Assembly: GCA_964035545.1 (NCBI GenBank)
Contig: OZ037766.1
Location: forward strand, 8,422,722-8,486,721
Origin: Bugula neritina
Lineage: Eukaryota > Animalia > Bryozoa
Length of the DNA stretch: 64,000 bases
Reading direction: 5' to 3'
The notes beneath the pieces are model-generated. The model did no database searches and was not told where the DNA came from. It saw nothing but the letters and a program-made list of their open reading frames with translations. A program made the translations under genes and the position numbers. Of the stretch, positions 15,092 to 30,445 are shown piece after piece. The stretch's first letter is position 1. Each line of letters starts with the position of its first letter.

Positions 15092-16074
15092 GCTCCAAGT
15101 TTTATCTATTTTCTATCTAGTCAAAAGCTAACAACACTAAATTCTAGGAATTATAATTTGTATAGCTATTCTACAGTGTAAGAACCATGCATGGAATAAT
15201 AGTCTATGTATCTTATTCTGGGCAGCTTACTGATATACAGTTTTCTGTTTTCTATTTTGTTTGTTCATCTCTACTAATATAATGCCTCTTTATGTATAAT
15301 AACTACTGTAGTACATGAGCTACCTCATTAATAACCGTGGGTCAATTTTAGTTCATTTAAGTTAAACTTTTTCATCAAATGTTTACAAATAACTTATTTT
15401 CTAGTTAACTGTGATTTGTTTATACTAAACAATGCTTACATGTATCACATGAATAACTACAATAAATCATTGAGAATATCAAATATATTATATACAAGTA
15501 TTACCATAATTGATATAAAAATATTAACCATGTGCAAAGGTGCTGACCCTAATACTAGAATTGCAAGAAAATGTTGGTAAATTAGCAGACAGCAAACGAT
15601 TGAAAAGGTTGAGGGAGTATATAAAGTTGAATATACAAGTAAGTTTTAACAAACCATGTAAATTACATTGAGAGTTGAAATATAAATAAAGTTGAAAAGC
15701 TTGCTGATTACAATGCCTAAAATATCAATTTATACTATATCATTTGTAAAATATCTGCATTTTTTCAATAGAGTATAAAAAGGGTTTGATTAAAAGAGGA
15801 AATTTACTATTAGTAAAAAAAAGATATCATGGTTTGCATTTAATTACATAGCACACAGTAAACATACACAAGCTGTCATAGGTAAATTGGAAAAAATTCT
15901 GTCTCATTATGTCCCAGTGCATGATGGCATAGGAGCACTGCCATGGACGAATCTAAATAACTAACCAACTAACCCCTGAGATTGTCTAGAATAAAAACAG
16001 TGAAAATATGCATTCGAAACAGTTACTGCACAGCATGCATATTGCTTTGTTTGGCTGTCAAAGAGTATGAATGT

Positions 16075-18788
16075 CTAACTTTTTGCTGTAACTACAGCTG
16101 GCTGTGGTGATCCATCAGCGGGCAATTCCTTTGAGTTTTGTAAATCTAACACCTCTTTCATCAAAGGTTGAATTGTCTCTGCATTCATATTCAAAAATAC
16201 TTGAGATGATTCCTCATTCAAATTTCTAATGTCGGTAAGTTTCATCAGTAGTTTGGCATAATATATTCTTGCTTTATTACGAGGCATCTTGCTTTCAACA
16301 TAACGTTTGAGGAGAGCAGAATACCTCTCTTGCTCCTGTGCCACTGCATCTTTCAGATCTTTCTGATCAAGATTCGGTCTGTCGGGAGAAAAGAGAGAAA
16401 TTAGAAGAAGAAATATAAGCATTGTTTCATCAGCCTTTAACTCCAGACCTAGCACTCTAATGAACTTCATAATGTCATCAACCAGGGAAGATTGGAGCTT
16501 GGGATTCGGAGGGGTGCTAGAAATATCGCTGGAGTCGGGCTTCATAGCAGCATTTTTAAACTGAGCTAGGGTGATGGCACTGGTCTGAGGGTTGTCTGTC
16601 TGTTCCAGAAATCTTTCTCGCTCTCTATCAAATGTGAGGACAGATCTGATGATCAGCAATTCGATGGAGCCTCCCTTTAGTAGGCATATCTGTGCACTCT
16701 GGGGTAAAGCTTTGAATGACTTCATCTTCTTAGCCATATCTATAACTCGCCTAATACTAACTTCACACACATTGACCAAATCGTTTATACTGTCTTTTTG
16801 GCCACCATTATAAGATATAATTTCAAGTGATGTGGCATATGAAGTTACTATCTCATTGATTTCTAATTGTTCTTGGTCAGTTAGAGGGACAACTCTTTCG
16901 TAGTAGCTGATGTCCATGCTGCAGTTGCTGTTGACGTCGTCATTCTCATTACATCTTTCATGATCTTTTATTTTCCTGTTAATTATTATAAAATAAATCA
17001 GAATTACATAGAATAATGATCACACCAGGAAAACAAAGCAACAACCTTGTACAGTTCCGGTGGAAAAATAATAGGAATCCATTATTACAAGAAGTATAAA
17101 AGAAACAAAATATTGCATCTTCTTAAGACAGAAGCTTGCAATAATTTTGAGAGCAATTTACTTTCATGTATTTTCAAATATTTTAATAAGTACAAGCTAC
17201 AAGAAAATATTTTTATATGCCTATTGTTTCGGTGTGTGTAATGCGTGCAGCATTCTTTTTCACTTGGTGTGAAACTATTTTGACTTCACAAGATTCAACA
17301 ACAAATGAAGCTTAGGAAGCTCTAATCAATTGTATTTTTCAGGTCAACAAGAGTATTTTACGGACAAGTAAAATGTTAAAAGCTAATTTCAAGTTGCAGC
17401 ATTGTGTTTATCCATTAATAAAGTCAACAAACTGCTCAGTGTGTGCTAGAGATAAAATAGAACACTTGAAATTAAAGTAAAATGATTTTCAACATTAATG
17501 ACTTAAGCAACAGCTTAATTTGAATAATTGCAGAGCAAATCTACTAGCATCGGGAAATTTACACTTGAAAAAGCAACAGGAAAATTGAAGTAAGGACTAA
17601 ATTAAAGAACTTACAATAAAACTGTATTTTACTTACTACAAGAATTAAGTATTTATGGTGTATAGGAGTTATCACCCCGTAGAGTCTACACATGGTTAGT
17701 AATGTTTGCATTTAAAGTTGACCAAAAATGAAAAACAAGTTAGGTGCATGCTTAAAACTTGCCGAGGTAAAGGATGTGCTGCACATTTTCACAAGAATAG
17801 TACCAAAACTCTTACCTGTTTTCTTCAATTTTTTGACGTTTTCTAGATTTCTCTTCTTCAGTCAAAATATATTCTTTCCTCATTCCAATATCAAAGCACT
17901 TTTTCAGGCGGCACCTTTTACAAAACCGCCTGTTGGACACGTCCATGCGACAGTTTTCTTCATACGGACACTTGAAATATTCCTAGTAAAACAGCAAGAG
18001 TTTGTGCTATAAGCTTACACCTTTTTGCTTGGTCCGCCTAGCAATTGCTCAACCATCTTGAAACAATATTTATTCAAATTATTGTTTTTTATCAATAAAA
18101 TATTGTACGGTCTTTTATAATGCCTTCCACTATACACAATTTTCTCATGCTTTTATAACATACAATCTTTAAGAAGCACTGGAACAGAATATGTCTTTCC
18201 AAAATAATAGCCTTTAGAAAATACAATTTTTCAGACCTCCCAGCTTTTATGAAATTCAATAGTTTGTTGAATGAGGAATGTGACTATTAGTGAAATAAGG
18301 TTGAGAAAAATGCAACTTAGCAGCAGTGAAACTTATGGGTAGATGCAAATGCAACTTTTTCTGATATTAAATCAGAATTTAATGATGCATACGATGATGA
18401 AATCTCCATTTTGTTAGTTTTACCATAATTTAATGCATAGTAACTTAGAGATATCATAAAGTATAATACAACATAATAGTTATAAAATGCAAGTAGAAAT
18501 GCTATAAGCAGTATGTAAGACTATGGATATTACGGCATACTACACTTACTAATCCTTTAGGGGCATTCCTCCTAAAGAAAGCTTTACAAGATTCGCAAGA
18601 TATGGCATCAAAGTTGTAGCCAAGAGCACGGTCTCCACACACGCCACAGTATTTATCCTCCTTAATTCTGCCCCTCTGTCTCATCGCCTCAACATTCACA
18701 TTGGCCAACATCGAGGCCTGATTCCCGCCATTTGAGACTGGCTCGTTCTCCATCTTCATAAACACACTCTCCCATAGTGCGTGCAGAC
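16075..18788 (-). CDS. HR96: Nuclear receptor of the NR1J group (HR96/DAF-12/NHR-8-like); DBD and LBD exons
   Basis: Exons 18788-18550, 17982-17816 and 16975-16075 join in frame. DBD is [29 protein letters not shown] with P-box ESCKA (NR1J-type); second finger [28 protein letters not shown] signature [15 protein letters not shown]...LFSPDRPNL; AF-2 helix PLMKEVLD. Upstream 5' exons are uncertain. Confidence 0.88.
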
Positions 18789-21700
18789 CTGGAAATCACA
18801 TTTATACTACAATTGCAGCTTGTTTTTTATCCCAGCCTTATAATATTATAGCTGAGATGCAGGTAAATTGAGAGGAGCTTTTCCCATTAGATTTTTAACT
18901 TCTTGCAGTGAATCACACAAAACAGGTCAAAGAATACACAATTCATATTTAAAAGAAATGCCTTTTCACTTCTGAAAGAATGTGTTTTATACATCACTGA
19001 ATAAGTGAATGGTGAGCTTTGGGCAGTATGAACAAGTGCGGATTTTAGATGTGAAATACAATGCTGATTAAGTGAATGATTTTTTTTATTCTGCACCTAA
19101 AGGCAGTTCACTAAGTGACACAATATGTATTGTAATACCCAACAGATCTCTTACTACAGGCCAGTATGATTTATCGATGAGAATTGAGGCTGTTCCGAAT
19201 ATTAGCTGCCTGAATATAATCAGTAAGTTATTAGTAACATGTGTACATAATTGCTTTACATTCCATAGAAGCTCAAATAGCTATATTTCACTTAAAAACA
19301 AAATGTGTTCTTGTTTGTAGAGAGTAAACGCTGGAAAATGGTTTTAATATTCATTAGTGTTCAATAGCGCTGGCATTTACCAGCTCTGAAAACCTTTACT
19401 CATAAACATAGCTGAAAACTAGCTCAGTGCGCTTCGCAAATACCGCACAAATCAAGACATTTGATAACTTGGAGCAATTTTAGGAAATATTAGTAATTAA
19501 TTTAGCAACAAAATTCATTAATGTAATTTGAATTAAGAAATCACGTTACTATTGACAACACGGAAAAACTGAGGTCATGGTGCTATAGTAACAGTAAAAA
19601 TTGGCATTCACTGATTCTGTTATGAATAACATTAAAAACACCAAAGTTGGAAATATTATAACAATAATAAGGCTCGAGGTTGACAATAAAAATAAGTAGA
19701 TAATACAACTTTGAGTGTAGCTAATTGACTTCTTCTCAACGATACGCAAGAGCTACATCAAAACAACACGAATCTAAAATATTATGAATGTGCAAAACAT
19801 AGCAACATCAAAACATTAGTATTTATTACGATAATAACTAGTGTAAAACAATAACAAACCAACCAGGGTCATGTTGATGCAACTGCTGATCATGTTGCAC
19901 CATGGAGTGATGGTGAGACGCATTCTTATACATAATTCCAGCATGAGGATCATTATAATTGACACACATCATCTTAGCAACTACTGCGGTAACAACTAGC
20001 CAAATAGTATAAAGAATGGTGCACGGAATGAGACGAAACCGCCACACATGCGAACTACTCAACCAACCGTTTCGAAATGACTATCCCTGCTAGAGCTTTG
20101 ATGGCCTAATCAAGTAGCAAGAGTGATAATTGAATTCACACACCAACTATTACCGATCGGCCAATGGGTGCGGAGGAGGTAATTGTAGGCATGAGGGTTA
20201 TCTCAACCTCACACCAGATAACTACGGCTAATATCTCTCAATAACAACAGCCACTCTCTAATATATCCCACCTCAACTACGCCACAAACTGCTATTTCAG
20301 CACCTATTACGTAACATTTACAATAATTATGTCAATAATATGAACATTACTCATTAATATTCCGATTTAGAAATAGGAAAACAGAAATATTACATGGTAG
20401 CCTATAGTACTTGAGTTAAAACATTTGAAGTTGAAAATTAAGCAAATGGCGGCATGCTCAATAACCCTTAATCAAAACAAGAATATCGATCACTATAAAA
20501 GTAGAAGTGTTTCAATTGAATAAACAAACAGAATAGCAATGAGCACATACATAATAGAAACATAGGAATGTCAACGGCTAAGTGTATTCTAATTACTGAG
20601 TCAACCATTATATACACATTATTTTATTTCGCCCAACAGAACAAAGCCTTAGTGAATTGCCATGAGAAATCAATGCTGCCATTTCAATAGCAGCCATTTC
20701 AAAAATATTTCTGTACTTAAACCAGTGCCACCCTCAGCAGTTTACCTGTTGGCCTAGTTAGAGGGTGAAGGGTCACATGGCAAGGGTTACTAGGTGCAAA
20801 ACAACACAGTTGTGTAAACACTGGTGAGGAGGGCTAACAAATCTGCCTCCATTGCTGCATATTTCCACATGCTATAATGGAGTTAAGAGAAAAAGTGAGC
20901 GTGCCAAGGGCTTATCTGCCTATCAAGAGTAGCAGGGCAGACCGAATGACTCCACTCATGCTCTGTTGATAAAGGCTCGAAGTTAAGTGGCAGCACAAGC
21001 CACTTGCCACTGAGTTTAACGCAAAGTCTAATTGGCAGGCTACACAGTAGAGAAAAATTGAAAACGTTATTTGCAGATTTTGAAATGTTCTACTCATTTC
21101 TTGGTCAAAAATATGATGGAAAGGAATTGTAAACCCTATATAATTTGATATTTTGATAATTTTCTAATGGGCTGCAATGGTTTGCATAAATGTGCTTGTT
21201 TTCTATACCCAAGTATAAAACATTATCGCTTGCTACTGTTACCAAGTAAACAAGTTTTATGTAATATTATATGGATTACTGAGTTATAATACTTGTAAGA
21301 ATTTCAGCTGACTCCAAAATATGACCCATACCATGGAAAAAGACTCAACTTACAGCTTAATGATGTAGTAAGCTTCAGGAACCCTCCACTGAGATAGCAG
21401 ACTGGCCACTGAAGTTACCCTAGGGCTGGTGGGACGAAATTAGCGGAAAGGGGCACAAGTTCTGCTATGAAATAGATGGGCAGGCAGGTTGATCAAGATT
21501 TGGAGGGTTGTGCTAAATCCTGGTTCTTTGAAAGGCCAAGTAAATTATTCAATCTAATTGGTCCGAAACTTAAAGACTTGCAGTATTACATTGACAGACT
21601 CGACTTGGAATAAATGTAAGCAGATTTCAAACAGTTGATGAAGCTTCAGTTTTGGTTCAGTTCTGCTACTGTGTTTGCGCCTTCAGTTTTGGTCATATTG

Positions 21701-24700
21701 AAAATAGCCTTACATTTAGTTATCAAATGAAGTTCAGCAAAGTTGAAGATTGGGAAGGTGTCTTACTAATTAATGCAGATGCTGAGGTTATCTCCAACGT
21801 GATCAACACTCCAAATCAGAAACTTACATGATGATAATTCAACTCAAGACACAACATCTGCCCTCCACTTAGCAAATTGAGTAGCTTCAAGAAAGTGCTC
21901 TGCTTTGGCAAAACCTCAAAAGACATGCAATGAGGAAAAAAGTGCAGGTTGTCAAATAGAGATCTGAGAAAATACTATAGTGTTTATTCTATTAGCCTAA
22001 ACTTGTGCCAGATACGAGCCTGATGAACTGTTACTACACATTCTTTCCTGGTTGTAGCATCAGAAGAGTAGATTGCCAAGAGAATAGGTAGTTTAGCAGT
22101 ACCAGTGCATAGCTGACGAAAATCTGTCCATCAAAACTCTACCAGTACTAATCACGACAACTCATCTAAGCAGAAAGCTCAGCACAATGACTAACAGAAC
22201 TGACAAAGTCCAAAGCAAAGCCAAAAGGTGAAACCCATGTAATGAGCAACTAATCCCTAGGCAAAACTCTACCAGTAGAAAAAACAGCAGAGCAGGCGCA
22301 AATACATTTTGCAAACCACTCAAAGAGAATAGGAGTGTTGAACGTACCTTAGAATTTAGACAGTTACGAGAGCATACCCACATTTACAGACTCTTGACAA
22401 CTAACTTCTATTAATCGTGGGATTTGCCATTCCCATAATTTGAAATAGATGCTAACCATTACGATTCCTTCACTATTAAATTCTAACTTACCCATCATCT
22501 CATCAGCTCCCGTTTCACTAGTAGAAATGTTGGCTGAGTGAACGTGACTGTTAGCTGGATTAACAGGCGTGTGAGTATGACGATATGGGGAGTAGAGGTG
22601 GTGGCTGCCTAGCTGTGAATAGTTCACTACGCCACTCACCCCTTGCTCGCTGTAGTCATCCAGCTTTCACGACAATAAAAGTCACTGCTTTGAAGTAACA
22701 GCCCCACTGAGGGGTTGCTCAAAATAACTAGTATAAATATCAGAATATACAGAAATGATATCGATGGAAGTTTCGGTTGAGTAGCCGAAATAACTTGGCT
22801 CTGCAGCGTGAGTGTTCAAGAGGCTGTGAAACATAACCAACTGCGATAATGCACCGAGTGACCTCCGCACTAAGTAACCCCTTCATAACTCGACTGAGAT
22901 GATAGCTAAATAATTACAACAATGTAGTAATACAAAGAGGCACAATGCATACACCGAGGCATTGAATTTCATTGGCAAGTCAAAGATCAAACACCATTGA
23001 GTGAGAGAATAGCCTCATTTTGAAAAGAAAAAGTAGAAAGCATGTAAACACAAGCTATCATCTACATTTCAGCTAGGGCAGATTATAAATGGCAGCTAAG
23101 CTTTTATCACGATATTGATCTTATTTCATACGATACACATGTTTTATGACTTTAGATCAAGCTGATAGCAATACTGAATCAGCTCATCTTCCAACTCATC
23201 AAATAAGCATAATGTTGAATCATAGGAATAAAAACATGAATATTTCAACTATATCCTAGTATTTTATGTAATAACATTGCGTAATATTGTAACAGACCAG
23301 CAAAATATAAACACGTGCTCGCAAGTGTAAATAAGCTTTTAGCATCTATGATAACACGGGAACTCCACAGCGTCGATTTGGCATAAGCAAGACAACTTAC
23401 CATATAAACTTATAAATAACACTAAAACTTCACTAACTTTTCAAATAAGGGGATGGGAGAAGCATGAATTAGTTGGTAATAACTTTAAATATTGTGAAGT
23501 TGAAAGTAGAGTTATCTTGCTCCGTAGAGCAGTTGCAATTTGGCTGGTTCACCGTTTCAAATGGTAGCTGGCAGGAAACAAGGTCTGACTTGAGCGGTAT
23601 ATAGGTGTTCTCAAGTGCTGGTTTCCAACATGAGGCAACATAAGCTGACAGCATTTTAATACATTATTTATATTTTCCTCGCCCGGTTAACAGAATCAAT
23701 AAGTCTTCGGCTAAATTTAATCAAACATGAATGTAAAAAGTCGAGAAGCCCCAGGAGAGGAAAACCTACAGCAACTTACACTTGTTTTATAAAAGAAAAG
23801 AGAGAATTAATGAAATATAGTATAATATACGTGCTCAAACGAACAATGACTGTTTACAAACTAGTGAAAGTGATATATAGATGATACATTAGTAAGCCAA
23901 TGAAATCACTAAGTTGTAGCCTACTAAAACAGCCTAAAATCAATAAAACTAAAAACATGCATCAATGTTAATTATTACATTAGAATTCAACCAGACCTTG
24001 CACTCACCACCTAATGAAATCCATATTTCACATCTAAAGTGAAACCAACCATACAGTAGACTAACGAGAAAAATATACCCTGAAGCTCAAGTTATAGAAG
24101 AATTGGCTGCATTAGTTGAACTGTTATTTGACCTTTTTTCTAACAAATTATTCGGAATTGACATTTTTCTTAGAATGAGCCGTTTGAATGGATTTTCAGT
24201 TTTCATTCGTTAGATGAAACTGTTCCCAAACACCGAATGAAAAATCCATTAGTATACTGCGAAGCATGGTAACGCAACGTATGTCAGCAGGAATTTTAAA
24301 GAAGCCCGTCAAGAGCTTCCAGGAAGATCTGCCGACAGAAAAATGCCAGAATCTCCGGTTTTGAAAGAATGCTATCATTGGTGTTAGACACAAAGCACCA
24401 TAAACTCCGTCTCAAACAAGCCAGACTTCAAACAAAGTAGATTTATCCATCTAATGATGCAAAACCAAATCCATAGAGCAATAAATATACATATGTTAAG
24501 GTAAAAGGTTAAATATGCGCAGTTACATATCAGAAACTAGACTGAGGATATACCTGGAAAGTGGTGCGTGTGGGGTATTCAGTAGTCCTGTAGATACAAA
24601 AAGAGAGTATTCCTAAAGCCCCCCCCCTCTTAACGAGGAAATATTTGAACTCAGACTAATAGGGTTTAAAACTTTTTGCTAAAGATGCAGAGTCCAAAAA

Positions 24701-26301
24701 GTTCAGTCTCCTGCTGCATTCACAAAAATTAGATAATCTCTCGTAAAACATTCACTAAAAACTATACTGAATGGTTTTTAGCAGTTGTCCTACTTTATTT
24801 CTAAAACTGCTATTACGTATTAGGTAGAGAAATACTGTATGGCAAAGTTTAGTGCAGTTACTTCATAGATAGACAATATTATTGAAACTATATTGAATGC
24901 ATATATATGCTTTTAAGATTGTCAAAACTATAGTGGAAATGATATTAGCCTGTTTTAAAGGCGTACTACTGTTTCCACAACAACTACTACTACTACTCTA
25001 TCTATTTTGTTATTAGTTGGGTAACCACAATTATCCTCTCATAACCAACTTCAACCAACTTGGTATTTACAGATTCACCAGAATATTATTGCTTTCACAA
25101 GGGCTGTGCAATGATACTGCTGTACATAGTGTTTACTCCTTTATTGCCAACTCTGGGTGTCATGTTTTGTTTGACAACAAAAACACTCAGTGCTTCTAGT
25201 CATAATGAGATCATATCAAAACATTAGGAAACTGCAAGTTGCAGCAGGAAACTGTTCAACAGTATTGTCAAGTGATAAAATCAATGATAATTAAGATATC
25301 CCCAACCATGCTACTTTTGTTCTGCTAACCAGTGAAAAAATACCAATATTTTAATTCTGAAAGTTCTGGATGGAGTCCTAACTGTGATAATCCGCCACAG
25401 TTATCTGGGATTACTAACCGTAATGAATATTTATTACATGTGTAGTTCAGACAACATATCAAATACAGAACATCGCAGCCAGGATTCTGAGGTAACTGTG
25501 ACTTTAGCCACTAGTTTTCATGTTTGATTCAGTCTAATAAATCAGAATCGGTTAATCTGAACCTATAGGCACGCTCTGTTGCATCAGTGAATGCAGCTTA
25601 TCTTCAGAGAGGATGCTATATTTATAGACACTCTCATCTTCCCTAGCTACATATCTCTAGCTTAAGAGATGCTAGGTACTTTCAGCTGGTCAAATTTCAC
25701 TTCCTCAACAAATAATGTTTAACTCAGTACACATTTGCACATCAAAAATGTACATTGTGTGTGATATGCTATCCTAAAGATTCATATAAAAATCAGATCA
25801 AACAGTTCCAAATAATGAGTTACAAAACCGTTTATGCAATAGAGATAAATTATTCTGTTATCCATTTGTATGACTAGAAGTTTGGCAACTCCAAGCTTCT
25901 ACTTCTTAAAAAGGTTCCTTTCTGGGAGCCATCCATATTTCTTAGTCGAGATTATTGTAAAGGTGACCGTATTAAATCATTTACTCATCTCACTCAAAGT
26001 TTAACTTTATTATAGTATGCCAGAGAAAAATGCTGGTCTCTTTTGTAAAAATCAGCTAACAGCCAAATTTTGTGCTGGTTGCATCACCTAATATTACGCT
26101 TTGATAAAAGAATGCACTACTTATTAACCTCAAACGTAACAATTTTGCGTATAAATATTCTAAATTCTCACACAAGGTACTCATATGCACTCCACACTGA
26201 GTGCTAAATAAGTTTCACCTTTTGTATTCTAACATTAGTTTGTTGAAATTTTGCTAAGCACCTGGTTGCCAACATGCGCCTATATATGGCTTATATTATT
26301 G

Positions 26302-26410
<109 letters not shown>

Positions 26411-27179
26411 TATAATATTGAAATGCTCTGCTTTGGCAGCTTAGAAAGTGCCCTGTTGTGAAGAAGGGTGGGGGAGGGTATTATCATATTCAATAAGTAA
26501 GACTTGTATATAAAGTCACTAAGAAAACTTTTAGGTTGCTAGTTACAGCTTTTATTCTGGTGAAAAACCCCAAAATAAATTGTTACTTAATCACCAAACT
26601 TTAGGCAGCAACCACAAGCTTACAACTGCAACATAATTTGTTCTTCCGAAAAATATGAGTATACTGGAGAGAGCCAAGCAGCTACAGTATCAAGTGTGTG
26701 AGTCAAGGTGGGGACTTGAGAAGCTAGTTCGGAGATATGAAATCTCAATGACCCAATCAATACATCTTACCACAAATTGAAACACGTCAACAAGAACTAG
26801 AAGTGATACATTAAGTACCATACACCAAACTTGGAGTATTCAAACGTAACCATCACTGTACATTATGAAGCTCTTTAACTGCATCGTAGTTTAGTCTCAT
26901 GGTGGGAGTAGCAAGCTATTATCTGTAACTTTGGTACAGTTTCTGTGCTGCTATGCTTTATTGCATCTGAGACCTTCAGTTTTTTGTTGACCATTATAAA
27001 TTATTAAACTTTCTAAGACTGCTAAATTGTACTTAGCCAAAAGCAAGGCAGATGTCACATTATATGAATCAAGCAGAAGTAGTTTTTTGACCAAAACTGA
27101 AAGCCTCCAGTCTGATCTAATTAAGATCAACGAGTAAAAAGTAGCAATAGATTACACTATAAAAAAGAGGGAATCTCAC

Positions 27180-27270
27180 CTGGGCCACTGAAATCCATAA
27201 CTAGTTTCTACTGAGAAGAAATGCCAGTAATATAATGGAAGATATTCCTGTGGAGCGTCTTTATCAAGCA
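27180..27270 (-). other. Candidate upstream exon of the HR96-like gene containing the start codon (MDFSGP-G)
   Basis: tttcAG acceptor, ATG at 27198, strong CAG|GTGAG donor in phase 1, matching the phase-1 entry of exon 18788. Confidence 0.5.
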
Positions 27271-29959
27271 CTGAAATTGATAAATATCAGGATTAATTTT
27301 CCCGCACAGGATACCCCTGTGGAAAATTCAGATTGGAGCAAGACAACTAAAAGAATCATGCAACGAGTTTAATAAAAATGACAATATTCATATTTAAAAT
27401 TGAATGACAACTTTATATACTTTGAAAATCAGCTAACAGATCCATGTTTTATAATTTATGAATATTTGTGGATGAAAAGTCAACAATGATTAGAAGTGGT
27501 GCAAATAAAAGGTAGCACTTACTGCAGCCGTTGACAGAGTGTTTATTCTGGAATACTGCAAAGCCTATCTTGAGCTCCTAAAAGTGCCTGTAAGAATGAA
27601 AACCCCATTGCAAACAAAAGTCAAACAAAGTGTGGTAAAAAATAGATACTGAACTATTGAATGAAAAGCCTGAACAAAACCTTTTGAAAACTGATGAAGT
27701 GTGCATTTGTTTGAGGGGAAATAACTCCTTATTAGTAAACTTACAGACAGCTGTTAGAATCCCCACAGGAACCATTTACAATACCAGTGAGCACAGCACT
27801 ATTGCAGTACTTTTCAAATTATCTTCTAAATTAATATTGAAATAAATGATATGGATAAGAACTAAATGGTTGAACTGAAACCTTGCCAACAACATTACAT
27901 GGTTTTAATTTGACAATCTAAACTTGAAGGGTGATAACTTAGAAAAAATAACTAAGGTATGAACTGAACACACGTCGTTGCTCAGAGCTGTACGGCCAAC
28001 TTGGGTAAAAGCTATTTCAAAATGAATGCAACTTTCAGTAAAAAGTATATAGAAAAGGAAAAGCTAGTCTCGTGGGCATCAACCCACAGTAATCCCAAAA
28101 CACTAAAACTAAACACAAAATATTGCACATAATTTTTAAAACAAATTAACTTGAATTCAAATTTTCATCATTAAAAATACACTGTCCAAGACATCTTCAT
28201 CTAAAACCAGTTGCAGTATCTTCATTATAAAAATACCAGTAACTTTATTGTATACATGAGAAAGTAAACAATGGTATAGAGATAATTTGCTCAAAGAATA
28301 CTATCTATTACAAGATACAGTTTACTGAACAGTTGCTGGAAGTTCTAATTTACTGTTGCCTTGGAACTGCGAAAATTCACCTGTAAAGCTTATTTATGTA
28401 AGCTGCACATGTTGAAATACTAAATGAATTGTGTCACAACTGTGCCTAAATTACTCAAGTGGAAAAAAACCAATTAGTATAACTAATGAATTTTTTGGGG
28501 AACACATGACAGCACTGGATTTTAGATGTAAACAACTCTTGCATTTACTGACAAATAATGCTAATAAAAATGTTGGCTAATTCCAGCTACGGAAGCAGGG
28601 GCAACTGGATAAGTGAAACTTGTCCATAAATAAGCTCACATTCTGCTGTGGATTCCCAATTAATTTAAATACAAGCAAATAACCATTTGCACAGTATAAG
28701 ATTAATGAGGCTAGCTCAAAATTCAAAAGTATTGTTTTACCATTTCATGCTTCTGATAAACATCATTTATATCACTTTTTATACCTTTAAAATCTGCAGA
28801 ATCGTTATAAAATAAACTTTCTGACTTCAACTTCCTATCTACACGTTTACCTTATTCATTCTGTGGAGTACTTTAGCATTATTCTGGTAATTATGAATCA
28901 ATACATATTCAGTGCAATACTAAAATTTATGTAATGCTAAGCAAATTTAATTTTCAAATTTATCAGAGCACTTTAAGAAATTTCGTAGAGCTGAATCTTG
29001 TGAAAAACAGCCAGAATTCAATTTAAAATTTTCACCAGCTTTTGCTATATATTCTACTATCAGTAAATCTAAACAGGTTTTCAAGATTTTTGAAAAAAAA
29101 TCCAAAAAAGTTACACGTGTTGTTAACTTCACACTTCACTCCCAATAGGTAAAAAATTAAGCATAAAATTAAAACACTTATGATGCAACTATTTATTATT
29201 CCCTTTGTTTTTTTGAGTTTATAGGAATAGGAGCAGCATAGGTTTTGAAAATATAAATAAACCTGAATTTTCAAATATGAATCATATTTTAAACGTGTTA
29301 AAAAACATTTTTTAATAACGCTTTGTGTTGAAGGTATTCTGTCAGATAACATTGTCGCTAAAATGCCAATTATTAGACGCCGGTGCATATTTTATTTATG
29401 ATGAGAGAGAGGCTAAGCATGTTTGCTGACTCAGCACCCTCTCCAACATTGTAAACAACTCTTTCAGCAACAACCGGCTAGTTAGGTTTATTCTTATTTT
29501 AAATTCATTATAATGCCAAATCGCTATTGCATTTTTCCAAATTATAGATCTACCTTTACATCTGTTATGTCATATAATCTAATTATAATCACAATTCTCA
29601 CGATTTTATACATTCAGACATTAAGCAAGAATTTTCCAAAAATATTCTTTATCTTTTAGCTTTCTGTAAATACTCTAACCTCGCTATCAATTTTAATAAA
29701 TGAAGCATCTCAAGGCTACAAGCTTTGAAAATGCAAAAATAAACCTTTTCGGATGCGCAATGGATCTAAAGATTTATGAAAGATTTAAATCAAAATTGAA
29801 AGCTTGGTAGAATTCCTACAAAATATGCATTGATAAAATTTCAATTGCAAAAGTATGTCACAAAAGTCACAAAAAAAGAAGAGGTCTGGTGAATAAATAA
29901 TAACAAGTTCTTATACGAACCTGGAAGCTCTGAAGACAAGTAAAAAATAAAAGAAATCA

Positions 29960-30445
29960 AAGGCAAGGCCTCAAAAAGAATTATTGCAAACAAATAATAA
30001 GTTCTGAACTCAAAAGCAATGAATACGTGGGCAGCTGCAACAGTGTTAGAGTCAGAGTTAGAATACTGAAAATAATGGATCAAAAGACAAGATGACTAGT
30101 GATAACAAAATAGGGCATTTCACCTAAAAGCAGATGTGGACAGGCTGTGTGTGAACAAAAAAGAAAGCAGCAGGAGAATGGTGCCGATTGAGAAATTTGT
30201 AAAGGCTGAAGAATGCAGTTTGTAAATTAACATTGAAAGAACAGGTATATATTGAGACACAATATTTAGTAACTTTATAAAAAGATAGAATAACAAGAGC
30301 ACTATAAAATGAAAAAATGAGATTGAGAAAACAGAAAAAAACTCTACATGGTCAGCATAGTAGAAAATTAGATAAAATGTTGGTGAAACTAGCTAAAATA
30401 CCAAGAGTTGAAACAATTAGGGAAGCTGTTATTAGCTGCTAAAAA
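29960..30445 (+). mobile_element. Degenerate fragment of an R4/Dong-like (restriction-like endonuclease) non-LTR retrotransposon
   Basis: Broken frames give KAMNTWAAA, LKIMDQKTR, AFHLKADVDRLCVNKKESSRRMVPIEKFVKAEECSL and LHGQH. These match the post-RT motifs I recall for R4/Dong-type elements (KAINTWA..., IDRKTR, HPKADVDRLY.RK.GGRGL, KPLHGQ). Multiple stops and frameshifts. Confidence 0.7.

Noticed and set aside
21400-22000. Coding-like patch in the HR96 intron (possible decayed transposase)
   Set aside because: Frames are broken and no motif could be assigned with confidence
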